From Macrostomum lignano (lineage: Eukaryota), in the NCBI GenBank assembly GCA_002269645.1, contig NIVC01001553.1:1-58622 (forward strand): DNA of 58,622 nt, given 5' to 3'. This document shows positions 20,501 to 32,813 of this stretch, in pieces; positions within the stretch are counted from its first letter, which is position 1; each line of letters begins with the position of its first letter. Made by a program: the position numbers and the translations under genes. The notes below the pieces were generated by a model. That model was not told where the DNA came from, ran no database searches, and worked only from the letters and a program-made list of their open reading frames with translations.

Positions 20501-23500
20501 CCGATACCTTAGTGCGCATTGCACGCGTATTTGAAATTGTGCCAGCTTTGCCAGCCTACCCATATTAGCAGCAGCAGCAGAGGAAAGTGCTGTCTACAAG
20601 CCGCAAACTATGAAATTTGCGACTTTGCTACAGAAAAAAACCGCTAAAGGCGCACTTGTTGCAACTGGCAGGATCAGTTATAGGCAACAATATTATATAC
20701 ACAGATGCACTGTTGTTTGTGCTTTCAGGGCCTGGCCGCGTACTGCACACTGCTATGACAAGATGGCCTAGCGCCAACAGGCTAAACTGCTTCCAGTCTG
20801 AGCTAGACATTGCCTGCCTGACCAATTTATAGGTCGGTGATATTGCAACCATATACCAATAATGGCGCATAATAATAAAATCAACATTGTACTCGCCAGT
20901 TTTAGCTCAATGAATTTGCATAGATGCATAGATGCTCAAAAATGGATGGATGAATAGATCGATAGACAGATAGATAGGCAGGCAGATAGTTAGTTAGACA
21001 GGTAGGTAGTTAGACAGATAGATAAATAGGTAGGTAGGTAGGTAGGTAGGTAGGTAGGTAGGTAGGTAGGTAGATAGATAGGTAGGTAGGTAGGTAGATA
21101 TTTAGGTAGATAGACATATAGATAAATAGATAGATAGATAGATAGACAGGTAGATAAGATAAGATAGATAGATAGACATATAGATAAATAGATAGATAGA
21201 TAGATAGACAGGTAGATAAGATAAGATAGATAGATAGACAGATAGATAGGTAGGCAGATAGGTAGATAGATAGGTAGGCAGATAGGTAGGCAGATAGGTA
21301 AGTAGATAGGTAGATAGATAGGTAGATGGATAGGTAGGCAGATAGGTAGATAGATAGGCAGGCAGATAGGTAAGTAGATAAGTAGATAGATAGGTAGATA
21401 GATAGGTAGGCAGATAGGTAGATAGATAGGTAGATAGATAGGTAGGCAGATAGGTAGATAGATAGGTAGGTAGGCAGATAGGTAGGTAGATAGGTAGATA
21501 GGTAGGTAGGCAGATAGGTACATAGATAGGTAGGCAGATAGGTAGACAGATAGGTAGGCAGATAGGTAGGTAGCTCACCTTGGCCAGGCTGGCAGTGAAC
21601 AGCACGCATTCGAACAGCTCGCCCATTCTGCGCAGGAATTCGTCAGCGTATGGCCGCTTCAGCACGTAGACTTGGTGCACGAAGCCTTCAATTTCGACGC
21701 CAATGGCGAAGTCGGGATCTTGCACGTACTGCGCGACATAGGCGGATGGGGGGGGGGGGTAAAGACATGGCGAACAAAAATTCAGTGTTCAGGACAAAAA
21801 TGTTAGCTACCATGAGGCTACCAAATCTATCCGGCCCAGAACTGGTCACCAGCACAGGTGCTTTCCGGGTCAATCCTACCTAACTGGCCGTGCTGCACTT
21901 TAATCAGTATAAAAATGCAGCGACAGTTCATGCCAGTACTTTGTGTGCTGCGAAATTAGCAAACTTCTAGCACTGCGCAGTGCTGAATGACTTGAGTGAG
22001 CGGCTGACTGAACAGGGCGCCCACCCCCAGATAAAGTGGCCGAGTGCAGACTCGGTTCTTTATGTTTCAAAACACGCGGGTTTAGGCCTATTTTGGCTGG
22101 AAAAACTAATTAACTAGGTACATTATAACTTATACTTAACAGGCGCCCAACACACGCGTGAGAACACAATTTAGAGGGTTAGAAAGGGGCGTGCAAAACA
22201 CGAAAATTAGAAGGCAGTCAGCAAATCTAAACTGTACTACAAACATACCTACAGGTGCCCCTTCAACAACACACTCGACTTAGAATATGCATAAAACTCT
22301 CAAGCTAGGAAACCCGTCATCAACTTGAAAAGTAATCAAATTATCTAAGGGGATCAACATGAGCATCTGGGAAGCATTAAGGATCAACATGAGCATCTGG
22401 GAAGCATCAAGGATCAACATGAGCATCTGGGAAGCATTAAGGATCAACATGAGCATCTGGGAAGCATCAAGGATCAACATGAGCATCTGGGAAGCATTAA
22501 GGATCAACATAAGGATCTGGGAAGCATCAAGGATCAACATGAGGATCTGGGAAGCATTAAGGATCAACATGAGCATCTGGGAAGCATTAAGGATCAACAT
22601 GAGGATCTGGGAAGCATCAAGGATCAACATGAGCATCTGGGAAGCATTAAGGATCAACATGAGGATCTGGGAAGCATGAAGGATCAACATAAGGATCTGG
22701 GAAGCAGCAAGGATCAACATGAGCATCTGGGAAGCATTAAGGATCAACATGAGGATCTGGGAAGCATCAAGGATCAACATGAGGATCTGGGAAGCATCAA
22801 GGATCAACATGAGGATCTGGGAAGCATCAAGGATCAACATGAGGATTTGGGAAGCATGAAGGATCAACATGAGGATCTGGGAAGCATCAAGGATCAACAT
22901 GAGCATCTGGGAAGCATTAAGGATCAACATGAGGATCTGGGAAGCATGAAGGATCAACATAAGGATCTGGGAAGCAGCAAGGATCAACATGAGCATCTGG
23001 GAAGCATGAAGGATCAACATGAGGATCTGGGAAGCATTAAGGATCAACATGAGGATCTGGGAAGCATTAAGGATCAACATGAGGATCTGGGAAGCATTAA
23101 GGATCAACATAAGGATCTGGGAAGCATGAAGGATCAACATGAGCATCTGGGAAGCATGAAGGATCAACATGAGGATCTAAGAAGCATGAAGAATGAAGGA
23201 AGGAGTCCCAGGCCAGAAATCTTAAAAGAAATACTATAATTCAGGAAATTTGGAGTCTGCGACATCTGAAACCAGCAGACTGTTTTAAGCACTAAGAGGC
23301 GCACCTTGAAGGAGCTGTGCACCAGGGTCTCATCCAGATCAATGACGGCGCAGATCCGGTCGGCCATGGCCGGGTCTCTGGGCCCAGCAGGTCTGGCGGG
23401 CGGGTCTGTCCATTCCGGTAGTGCTCTGCACGGCCGCCGGGACCGTTGGAGGCGCCAACGCCAAAGCAGCAGAGCAGACGGTTCAGCAAGCCGCTGCCGC

Positions 23501-26500
23501 CGCCGCCTGAGCCTCTTTGACGGCGTCGCTTGCCATCAACTGGCGACTTGACCAGCTCGAGGTCGGCTTTAGGGGGATTCTCGTCTGGGGATGGGCGGGT
23601 GCAGTTGTAATTATTAATATGCTGGGCAGCCTGTGCAGCCTATTAAGGCGACATGGATAATTTTGAGCAAATATAGGTTTAGGACATTTTTGCAGAGTTT
23701 ATTAATTATTAGAGTAAACAGCTATGAATAACTTGACTTGTTATGACTATAGAAAGCAACTGATAACTAGAAAAGACAGACAATGTACTTGTTTTTGCTC
23801 AAATTATTCTATGAATATTTGTTTTTAAAAGCAGTGTATCAAATTAGTTGTTTTTCAATAATAATAAAAGTGTATAATTTAACTACTTAAGTGCCAAAAT
23901 TACCAACTAATTGTCAATATTGTTACCCAATAAATATTTATAGCTATCAAAGTTTCAAAACATTAATGATCTAATACACATATTTTAATTTAACCTAAAA
24001 ACAATCTGTGTCCTATCTAGAATCCCAATTTTAACATACCAAAAATTTAGGATCCAAACAAAATTTGAATCATATTTAATCGCCTAATCCTAAAAAATGA
24101 TATTACTTATATTTATTATAATTGTCAATATTATTTATACAAATATTACCATTTAACTTTTTCCAATATCCTAATTTCATTTTTTCTCTTATAGCCTATC
24201 TATATCTATATATTTATCTACAGCTAATAAACTTTCTGTAAATTTCTATAGCTGTCTTGCTATGATTGCAGTATTATTAGCATCAGGCATTGGGACCTCT
24301 TACTATTGGCTGCATTTGTGCACTCAATGCATATCAACTTGATTGCTTTTTTGACTGTTCTTTTTTCTCTTTTCTTCCCTCTTTCCTTTCCTTTTCCCTC
24401 TGTTCATTGCCCCTTTTCTCTCCTTTCTCCTTTTTTCTTTCCTTTCCCTTTTCTCTCCCCTTTTCACTTCCCTTCACATATCTCCTCTTGTAATGTTTAA
24501 GTAATTAAAGTAACAAAATCTTTAATTCTTACTAAATGAGATCTTCTATGAGAGCAATGGCCTATTTATCAATTGGATTCCAAGAAGCCTCCTTTGCAAT
24601 CTAGCCTTTACAAGGGTCACTCAGAAAGTCTTTAGCCTGAGTAGGATCTACGAGACGTAGAAGCATAAAATTTGTCTATGGTAAAGACCAACTTTTAAAA
24701 GTATCGCAGCAAAAATTTCAAACAGAAGCAGCCACTTTTGAGTCCACTGCAGCGAGTTAAAGTCAGTTCACTCCCCTGAGATCTTCAATTCAACAATGAA
24801 GCTGGAAAATTGCGACTTCAGAGCAATGATGTACCTGCACTTCAAGCAAGGCAAGTCGCCAGCCGAATCGTATCAAACTTTACAGAACGTTTTCACCCAT
24901 GTATGTCCTTCATACGCAACCATCAAAAACTGGTTCGCTGAGTTTTGCCAAGGTCAAGAAAGCCTCGAAGATGAACATCGATCCGGGAGACCTTGTGACG
25001 CAGTGACTCCAGAAAATAACTGCGCTGTGTCCAGCATGATTGCCGCTGACCGGCGAGTGACCTACCAGCAGATCCAGCAGGAGATCGGCATTGGATTGGG
25101 GAGTGTGCACGCCATTATGCACGAACACCTTGGAGTGCAGAAGCTGGCTTCCCGGTGGATCCCCCATCAGCTGTCGGACGTGCAGAAGGACACCAGGGTG
25201 GCTTGGTGCCAATTCATGCTGCAGAAATTCGAATCCGGGACCAGCCGGCATATCTGGGACATCCTCACGGGCGATGAGACCTGGATTTATCAATACGACC
25301 CCGAAAGCAAGCGCCAGTCAGCCATGTGGACCCTTGGAGACGAGGACAGCCCCACAAAGTTTTGACGTAGCCGGAGTGTCGGCAAGCAGATGGTGGCCTG
25401 TTTCTTCATGCGCACTGGGCATGTGGCTTCCGTTTCACTTGAAGATCGCCAGACAGTCACTGCTGACTGGTACACAAAGGTTTGCCTGCCCAAGGTCTTT
25501 TCTGCTGTGAGCCAGAGGCACCCAAGGTGCGGAATGCGTGGGGTGCTTCTGCACCACGACAATGCCAGCGCGCACACGGCGGCTCAAACTCTGGAGTTTC
25601 TGGCTAACTGTGGGGTCCAGCTGATGACTCACCCTGCTTACAGTCCAGACCTGGCACTGTGCGACTTTTTTCTGTTTCCGAAGTGCAAGGAGATTCTGAA
25701 GGGCCAGGTCTTTTCTTTACCGGAAGAAGCTGTGAATGAGTTTAAAAACATCATCGAGGAGCTCCGGGATAAGGATTGGCGGCAGTGCTTCGACAGCTGG
25801 TTTCACAGGATGCAAGCCTGTATCAATGCCGGTGGAGAGTATTTTGAGCACTTGTAGTCGTTTTTTAGTTCATTTGTTGCTGTTTTCGTGTTCAAGCTAA
25901 GAACTTTCTGAGTGACCCTCGTATTGATGGTGTCAAATGGTAGGCAGATTCTCTATTGGCTTTATTCATCTTAACAAAAGGCCCCACAATCCTAGCTACA
26001 ATATTTATAAGGTAAAAAAAATTTGAGTCCCTGACCAAGTTATCACTTTCAAGGGAGCTCAATTAAGTCCCTAGGGTTATGGACTAGGATAGGGTTAGGA
26101 TATTGGGGGCTAAATTTAAGATGAATGTTTTCATTTTCAATGTGAGGGCTAAGGGGAACTCTTAAGTTCTTAGAATTAAGGACTCAAGTGACAAAGACAA
26201 ATGTTTGATACTATATGCATATTAAGGTTGAAATAGGGGGTTAAAGATATGTTTTCATTTTCAACACAAAGGGAGGTCTTAAGTCTTTGGGGTTAGTGAC
26301 TTAAACAACACATTTTTGATACTATATATGCATTGCAGTTAGGATGGTAGGGGCTTAAGTTAAGATGAATGAAACCAATATTAACAAAGAAGCCATTCAG
26401 TATCTGCCATTATCAAAGAAGGCTAGATTGCAAAGGAGACTTCTTGGAAACCAACTGATAAATAGACCATCACCTTTGTTGAAGATCCTAGTAAGAATTG

Positions 26501-27917
26501 TAGATTTAGTTACTTTAGTTACTTACACAATATAAGAAAAAGAGAGGAGAGAGGTAAAATGGAAAATAGAAAGTAATAAGAAAGGAAAAGAGGGGACTTT
26601 ACTATTTTACTTGTTGCAGTAAAATAAAGTTATTGCATTTAAAAGCAGATCCACAGAATGCTATCTTAATATTATATATAATTATAAAATTTATTTTTAG
26701 ATATTCAATTACCCTATAGGAAAAAGTTGTAAAACTGCGGATAGTGTCCGGCGCACTTTTGAAATTTTTCTAAAGTGCAGTGCACGCACAGGCGCGCAGC
26801 GCCTGCACGCGCAGTGCCCTTTCCTGCTGGCTGCTGCTCAAGCAAATAGATATACATGGAAGGGGGCCTTATACCTCTGTAGAAGGAGCCTATACACTTG
26901 TCATTTATAATACCTAGCAATGTTCCAAAATTTCAATTTCAATTTTCCAAAATTCAAAATTTTTAAGAGCAAATTTCGATTTCGAAAAAAATCGGAAGTC
27001 AAAATTTCAAAAGTGTCTAAGTGGCTAAAAATAAACAGCGAGTAATTTCTGCTACATACACATATATTTTGTTTTGCATAAGCAGTAAATCAAAATGTAA
27101 AAAAGTAAGTGTTAGTCATATTAAACTTTGTTTTTCTGAATTTTGATTTTGGAAAATTTCAAGTTCAATTTCAATTTCGGAAAGTTATCAAATTTTGATT
27201 TTGACAGATTGAAATGGACAATTTTGTCAATAGCAATGGAACATCTCTAATAATGCTAAAGTGCGGTAAAATAATTTGACTCTAATCTAAAGTGCGCGTC
27301 TGCAGGTTTTCAACTTTTATTCCAATAGGGTTCAATTAAACTTTGTATAGAAAAACTTATAAAATTTGCTTATAAAATTCAAGTGTTAAAAAAAAATTCC
27401 ATAGGCCCTACAAATATTCCATTTTAGTAGAACTCTAACTTATATATAAAGGATGATGTGCTCCAATTTTTCATAAAATAACATATAGTCTTATATATAA
27501 GATTTGGTATCTAACTTTTTTTAAATAGAAAGAAAATAAAGTGGTCAAATTTTTAATACAGTTTTATTGCTATCTATGTTGCAATGCATTGTCATAGATT
27601 GTCTAATTAGAAAGTTATGCATATGGCTATGCCATGCAAATTAATGAAATAGGCTATCTTAAACATGTTTTATAACTTAAAATATCTTGACTAAGTTTCG
27701 CTATCTTATGTAATTGAAAAAAACAACAAAACATACCTGTTTTATTTAGGGAAAGAGGACTTGAAATTTCTGCCTCCTTTTCAGGGGACTGCACAAATGA
27801 TGACTCTTCATTTGATGCTGATGCACCACCTTCTTCAGCATTTTCTGGACCTGGTGGTTTGTTAACTGCTACAGTAGCAGGATCAGTTACTTGAGTTATT
27901 ACAGATGAGATATCCAT
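14599..27917 (-). CDS. CTDSP: Small C-terminal-domain phosphatase (CTDSP1/2/L, SCP family, HAD fold)
   Basis: Exons 27917-27737 ([13 protein letters not shown]), 23539-23305 (LLCCF...[12 protein letters not shown], DxDxT motif), 21728-21579 ([11 protein letters not shown]...FTASLAK), 19144-18959 (YADPVSD...IIDNSP), 14772-14599 (DTELRDLLP, stop). Splice phases are consistent if one base is restored near 23372. Confidence 0.95.
14850..18848. repeat. 4-kb 20-bp satellite with higher-order structure, last CTDSP intron
   Basis: Unit GGAGTGCCAGTGTATGCAGT plus 11-bp short units; variant marker AGCGCC at 15401, 16114, 17278, 18202. Confidence 0.98.
19645..20229. repeat. 45-bp minisatellite, 13 copies plus 2 degenerate copies to about 20320
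   Basis: Unit TTTCCTGGAATAGAGCAAGCATTCCGTAGATTCAAAAGRGGCGAT. Confidence 0.95.
20945..21572. repeat. (TAGA/TAGG/CAGA)n tetranucleotide microsatellite abutting a CTDSP donor
   Basis: Direct reading; begins about 6 nt into the intron. Confidence 0.95.
22351..23185. repeat. 30-bp minisatellite, about 28 copies, CTDSP intron 2
   Basis: Unit GGATCAACATGAGSATCTGGGAAGCATHAA. Confidence 0.95.
24611..25921 (+). mobile_element. Full-length mariner DNA transposon (1311 bp) in CTDSP intron 1
   Basis: TIRs CAAGGGTCACTCAGAAAGTCTTTAGC / GCTAAGAACTTTCTGAGTGACCCTCG, TA target duplication at 24609-24610 and 25922-25923, internal transposase. Confidence 0.95.
24796..25857 (+). pseudogene. Mariner transposase, D,D34D, one in-frame premature TGA at 25363-25365
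   Basis: HTH region, [29 protein letters not shown] (34 residues between second and third D). The two ORFs are in the same frame ([16 protein letters not shown]). Confidence 0.93.
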
Positions 27918-28979
27918 CGAACTCGTGCATTTTTTACATTATTTCTTCAAAGCAAAAGTCTGCTATTTGAAGCGGCAAGTACATTCTGATTCGCAGTATC
28001 AACTTAGCAATGGTTTGGCTTCGACTGTTGTGTGTTGTTGTCAGCGGCCTATATATTTTGAATGATTGAAATTTGCACTCTTTGGAATTAAGTCTAGGTT
28101 GGTTACTGTTGTCTGGAGTTTTAATCAAAAAATTATTAAAATAGCAATGTGTATAGAAACCTAAACAATACTGTCTTTGAAATTACGGTCACGGACAACC
28201 TATATTCATTAATCTAATATTAATCTGAGAGGCCCAGTGCTACAGTTTTTTTCTCTGAAAACAAATATTTTAAATGCAAACAACAACAAAGTATAGCAAA
28301 TTAAACAAATATTGTATTTCTGAAAACGCCGAATATGTGTTTTCTGACGTTTTCTTAAGCAAAAGATTATTGGAAAAGATGGCGCTAGAATGATGTAAAC
28401 CAGGTAAGTAAATTTAGGACAATAGACTGGTTGATTGGCTAGCTGGTTTGTCCTTCGTGTAATACTTAAGCAAAGTTAGACTGTCATTAAAAGGCCCAGT
28501 GACGCGTTTAAGTCCAAGGGGGCCACCCCTCTTAGGCTTCAGCTCCCAATTTTCTCTCAATGGGAAAATTGCAGTCTTCACCGTCAGCAAATATTTTCGC
28601 CCCTATGCGGCAGGGCTGCAGATGCATCGATCGAATCCTCAATCTGGGCGAGCGCATAAAAACGCCATACAACATGCAACGTTATGACTTTCTAACTTTC
28701 AAACTAACATTCAAAGCTAAGCTCTGCGAATTAAAAGTATTTGGACGAGCTCAACCTAAAATTAGACCGATTATTAAACTATGATGCAGTTATTGCACAA
28801 ATCTATGGACCAGAGTCGCTACGACGAGTGTAGACTCGATTTTGAGTTCTAGAATCCAATAATTTATAGCTGCCAAGCGTAGCATACTTCCAACGGACCA
28901 GATAAGCAATCGCCCCGGCCCGATTTTCGCGGTGCGCGCAATTTTCCGCGCACAAAATCCCAACCTGCGCTAGGCTCAA
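27918..28979. promoter_or_regulatory. Probable bidirectional promoter between CTDSP and the USP-like gene
   Basis: Head-to-head ATGs about 1.06 kb apart; YY1-like AAGATGGCG at 28376-28384, ATTGG (reverse CCAAT) near 28433, plus-strand donor CAG|GTAAGT at 28404 and acceptor CTAG at 28973 suggesting a 5'UTR intron. Confidence 0.5.
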
Positions 28980-31900
28980 ATGACAGTGGCACAAGACGAA
29001 GAAGGCACTGCAGACAACGAAAGGCTTGATGATGACCCCTGCAACGCGGGTCCAAATGGATGCAAAAGCATCGGTGCCAGTAGCGCTAACGGCGGCGCAC
29101 GAGTTGTCCTCCTGCCAACGCTGGGCCTGTCTGCTGCCTTCCCGGCCACATTGCGAGCCTATTGCCAGCTGGTGAGGCGGCCAGCCGACCGCCTGCTGGT
29201 TGTGGACATGCAGGCCGGGCCGCAGAGCCGGCCGCTGCGGCTGTTCCCCTATGCCCTGTACGAGCTGAGCGAGGCGGAGACGCAGTCGCGGGCGGAACTG
29301 GCGCTGCAGATGGCCTCGGAGAAGACTGACAAGCTGCGCCAGCTGATGGAGCGGCACGGAGTGGCCGCTTTCAGCTACAGCCTGCGGCTCTACCACTGCA
29401 TAACCGAGACCCTGGCTGAGGTGAGGCCAACCCATACAAAAGCTTTAGCTTAAACAATTCACCGAACCATAATTTTATGGAGCGAACAGTTACGGTATGG
29501 GGAGTTCTAGCAAGGAACAGTTACGGTATGGGGAGTTCTAGCAAGGAACAGTTACAGTATGGGGAGTTCTAGCAAGGAACAGTTACGGTATGGGGAGTTC
29601 TAGCAAGGAACAGTTACAGTATGGGGAGTTCTAGCAAGGAACAGTTACAGTATGGGGAGTTCTAGCAAGGAACAGTTACAGTATGGGGAGTTCTAGCAAG
29701 GAACAGTTACAGTATGGGGAGTTCTAGCAAGGAACAGAGACTTCTTGAACTTTAGGTAGATAAATATTTGCAGTTTTGATAGGATCATAATTTTGTCTCT
29801 ATCGGGGTTTTCGATGGTGCTAATTTGAAATTTGAGCTTCATTTTTTCGTAGCTCAAAGCCAACCACCGGGGCATGGGGGGTTTTAGGGTGGGAGAATCT
29901 TCATAGGGATTAATTTTACGTACCTAAACTTCAATAGAGGCATGAAGCTCTATTGAAGATTATGTAGATAAATTCGGAGGTTGAGGGGAGGGTGCAAGTC
30001 TTGGGGGGCGGGATGGGGGGCTGACAACCAACAACCAGGGCATGGGGAATGGGGGGTTTTAGGGTGGGGAGAATCGTCATGGGGATAAACTTCCCCAAAT
30101 ACGAGTAAGCAGAATACAAATCAGAGCACTACAACTCCAATTTAAAAGCAGATACAAACAGACTGCTAGGGGACCAGCTCACAGTCCAATATACAATTTT
30201 ATTGTTAAACTGTTTGCACATTAACTTAGTTAATATATAAGCACACAGAGCAGCTTATTCCTCGTAAGCTAGCCAATAGAAAAATTGGAACGCTACAGGC
30301 CGGGCGGATATGCATTAAATATGAAAAGCATTGCATAACAAAGAGAAATAAAATTCTTGTCAATGTGACGATTAGGTAGGATCAACCTGTTCACTGTGCG
30401 GTCATCATGAATTCACTGTGGAATGCCTCGCCTATACAAAATAAAAAAAACAATTTAATAGGACTCGAAAAGCCAAAAAATAACAAAAAGCAAAAAGAAG
30501 TGACAATGCACTACGAGAGTTGCGTGGACGGCACTTAGCAGATTTTTTATTGAATAATTGTAATAACAAGAATCCAATTCGGAAAAATCTAAATAGTCAG
30601 CTGAAACAGTTTCATCTTTGATAGATAAACTTTAAACGGCTTTTTTGAGTACTCAAAAGAAACTCAAAATATGTTTTTAACTCCGCAAATTTTTTTTCGA
30701 TTTTTTTAGATAGATTTCCCTAGTTAGTTGAAACCGGAATTTATGCCCGTACTTATCAGCGCTTGATGAGCCATAGGGGCTGTAGCCTAGTGGTTAGGGC
30801 ATTGGAATAGGACTTAAAGGTCGGGGGTTCGTTTCCTGATCCACTCGGAACAATTTTTGTCATTGAGCAAGACACTTAACCACTTAACTCTGCATTGTTT
30901 CAGTTCACCCAGCTGTAAAATGGGTGCCAGCATTAGCTGGGGTAATTGAGGGTGTGTGTGGCGACCCCCCAGTCCTTGGACGGAACAGCCGTACGCAGCC
31001 TTCAGATGCGCCGCGCAATAGCTGCGGCTGAGCTGTCGGTTGCACAACTGGGCAGGTTTAATCAGTAATAATATTGAGAATGATTATTAATATGAGCCAT
31101 AACGCAGCTCATAAAACACATAAAAGCCGGCAAAGTTTATCAAAAGCATCAAAGGTTACTGTTTTGAATTGGCTGATTTGTATGCAACAGTAGTCAGTAG
31201 GGCCTGAACAACCACTATGCCAACTAGCAGGGCTCTACTGTACTAAACTGTAATTATTTGCCTATCTATAGACTGGTTCCCAAACTAGGTCTAATAAATA
31301 ATAAATAGAATTACGCAGGGGCGTCGCCATGGATTTTATGGTGGGGGGGGGGGCAAAGCCAAGAATTCAACGTGTACATGCACATGACTAAATTTCTATA
31401 TGTCCATTATTTTGAGAATTTGTGTTTTCAGCGCCCATTTTGGCGCCGCAGACAGGCACTCATTTTGGTGCCGCAAGCAGGCACTCATTTTGGCGCCGCA
31501 GACAGGCACTCATTTTGGCGCCGCAGACAGGCACTCATTTTGGTGCCGCAAGCAGGCACTCATTTTGGCGCCGCAGACAGGCACTCATTTTGGCGCCGCA
31601 GACAGGCACTCATTTTGGCGCCGCAGACAGGCACTCATTTTGGCGCCGCAAGCAGGCACTCATTTTGGCGCCGCAGACAGGCACTCATTTTGGCGCCGCA
31701 GACAGGCACTCATTTTGGCGCCGCAGACAGACACTCACTTTGGCGCCGCAAGCAGGCACTCATTTTGGCGCCGCAAGCAGGCACTCATTTTGGCGCCGCA
31801 GACAGGCACTCATTTTGGCGCCGCAGACAGGCACTCATTTTGGCGCCGCAGACAGACACTCATTTTGGCGCCGCAGACAGACACTCACTTTGGCGCCGCA

Positions 31901-32318
31901 AGCAGGCACTCATTTTGGCGCCGCAAGCAGGCACTCATTTTGGCGCCGCAAGCAGGCACTCATTTTGGCGCCGCAGACAGGCACTCATTTTGGCGCCGCA
32001 AGCAGGCACTCATTTTAGAGCCGAAGGCGCTATAATCTGACACCTTGAATAAAAGTTTTTGCTTTTCACAACGGGTGGTGGGGGGGACAAAGCAATGGCA
32101 TGTCCCCCCATAGCTTTTACTGGGGGGGGGGGTGACATGTCCCCCCCCCGTTGGCGACGCCCCTGATCTGACGTATACATTTAACCATTTATTTTTTTCA
32201 GCTCTACACCGAGAGCAAGCCTGACGCCCTGGTGCTAGGTCGCGAGTTCGATCTTGGAAAGAGTTTCATTCCAGAACTGGCCAAACTCATACCAAACGGT
32301 TTAATCGTGTTGCCTTGA
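28980..32318 (+). CDS. Universal stress protein (USP/UspA)-like protein, two coding exons
   Basis: Exon 28980-29420 ends GCTGAG|GTGAGG; exon 32202-32318 follows TTTTTTTCAG and reads LYTESKPDALVLGREFDLGKSFIPELAKLIPNGLIVLP*. The pattern RVVLL...DRLLVVD...I.E.LAE...PDALVLGR...LIVLP resembles the USP fold. Gene model well supported, family call moderate. Confidence 0.6.
29483..29735. repeat. 31-bp minisatellite, about 8 copies
   Basis: Unit GGAACAGTTACRGTATGGGGAGTTCTAGCAA. Confidence 0.95.
30776..31075 (+). mobile_element. tRNA-derived SINE family A
   Basis: GGGGCTGTAGCCTAGTGGTTAG (A box)...GGTTCGTTTCC (B box)...GAGCAAGACACTTAAC...CAGCTGTAAAATGGGTGCC. Confidence 0.85.
31316..32165. mobile_element. 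MITE with 14-bp TIR containing an internal 25-bp minisatellite
   Basis: CAGGGGCGTCGCCA ... TGGCGACGCCCCTG, G-run subterminal motifs; no convincing TSD. Confidence 0.8.
31433..32015. repeat. 25-bp minisatellite, about 23 copies, inside MITE
   Basis: Unit GGCGCCGCAGACAGGCACTCATTTT / GGCGCCGCAAGCAGGCACTCATTTT. Confidence 0.95.
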
Positions 32319-32813
32319 CAGTTTATTTTCGATTCAATTTCTGTTTGCTGCATTGTAAAAACTGTCTCTCAGCTTCTGTGATAAACTACTTCGGTTGATA
32401 CCAATATAGAAATAGAATATATTCAGTTTGATTTCATTTCCAACTGTAAGTCACAAGTGGTCAATAGATCAATTTAACAGTTTTAAACTAAAACAGAACA
32501 GTGCAGTGTAGGTTCGCACTAAGGTGTATGATATACAATAGGAATACTTTACCTAGGACAGTATCTACCGAGGATTCCAGTATTCACAGGTAAGTCTGGA
32601 TGCCAACTACATATCTAGATTTTGGTGTCCACCACAGGTACTTCACGTTTCGCCACAGTTAGGGTCGGTTGTCCACCAAATGTAGACAATTAAATTAGAT
32701 AAATAGACATTCTAATCTAAGCTGGCTTCCCACAGGCGCAGGTATTTAGGCGTCCACCAAAACCATCAACAAAAACAATCAAACATATCTGCATGTTGCT
32801 AGGCAACAAGAGT

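Larger units (their letters stand above)
24380..26600. repeat. Old long inverted repeat (foldback) interrupted by the mariner
   Basis: 24500-24608 is the imperfect reverse complement of about 26420-26525; similarity resumes after the mariner (25924-25975 versus about 26360-26420). Confidence 0.65.

Noticed and set aside
14850-23185. Idea that intronic arrays avoid AG/GT on the transcribed strand
   Set aside because: True for the 20-bp and 23-bp main units, but the 30-, 44- and 45-bp units contain CAG/AAG or GT, so it is not general.
31433-32015. CRISPR-like appearance of regular 25-50-bp repeats here and at 48683-50125
   Set aside because: Units are head-to-tail with no unique spacers, there are no cas genes, and the context is eukaryotic introns.
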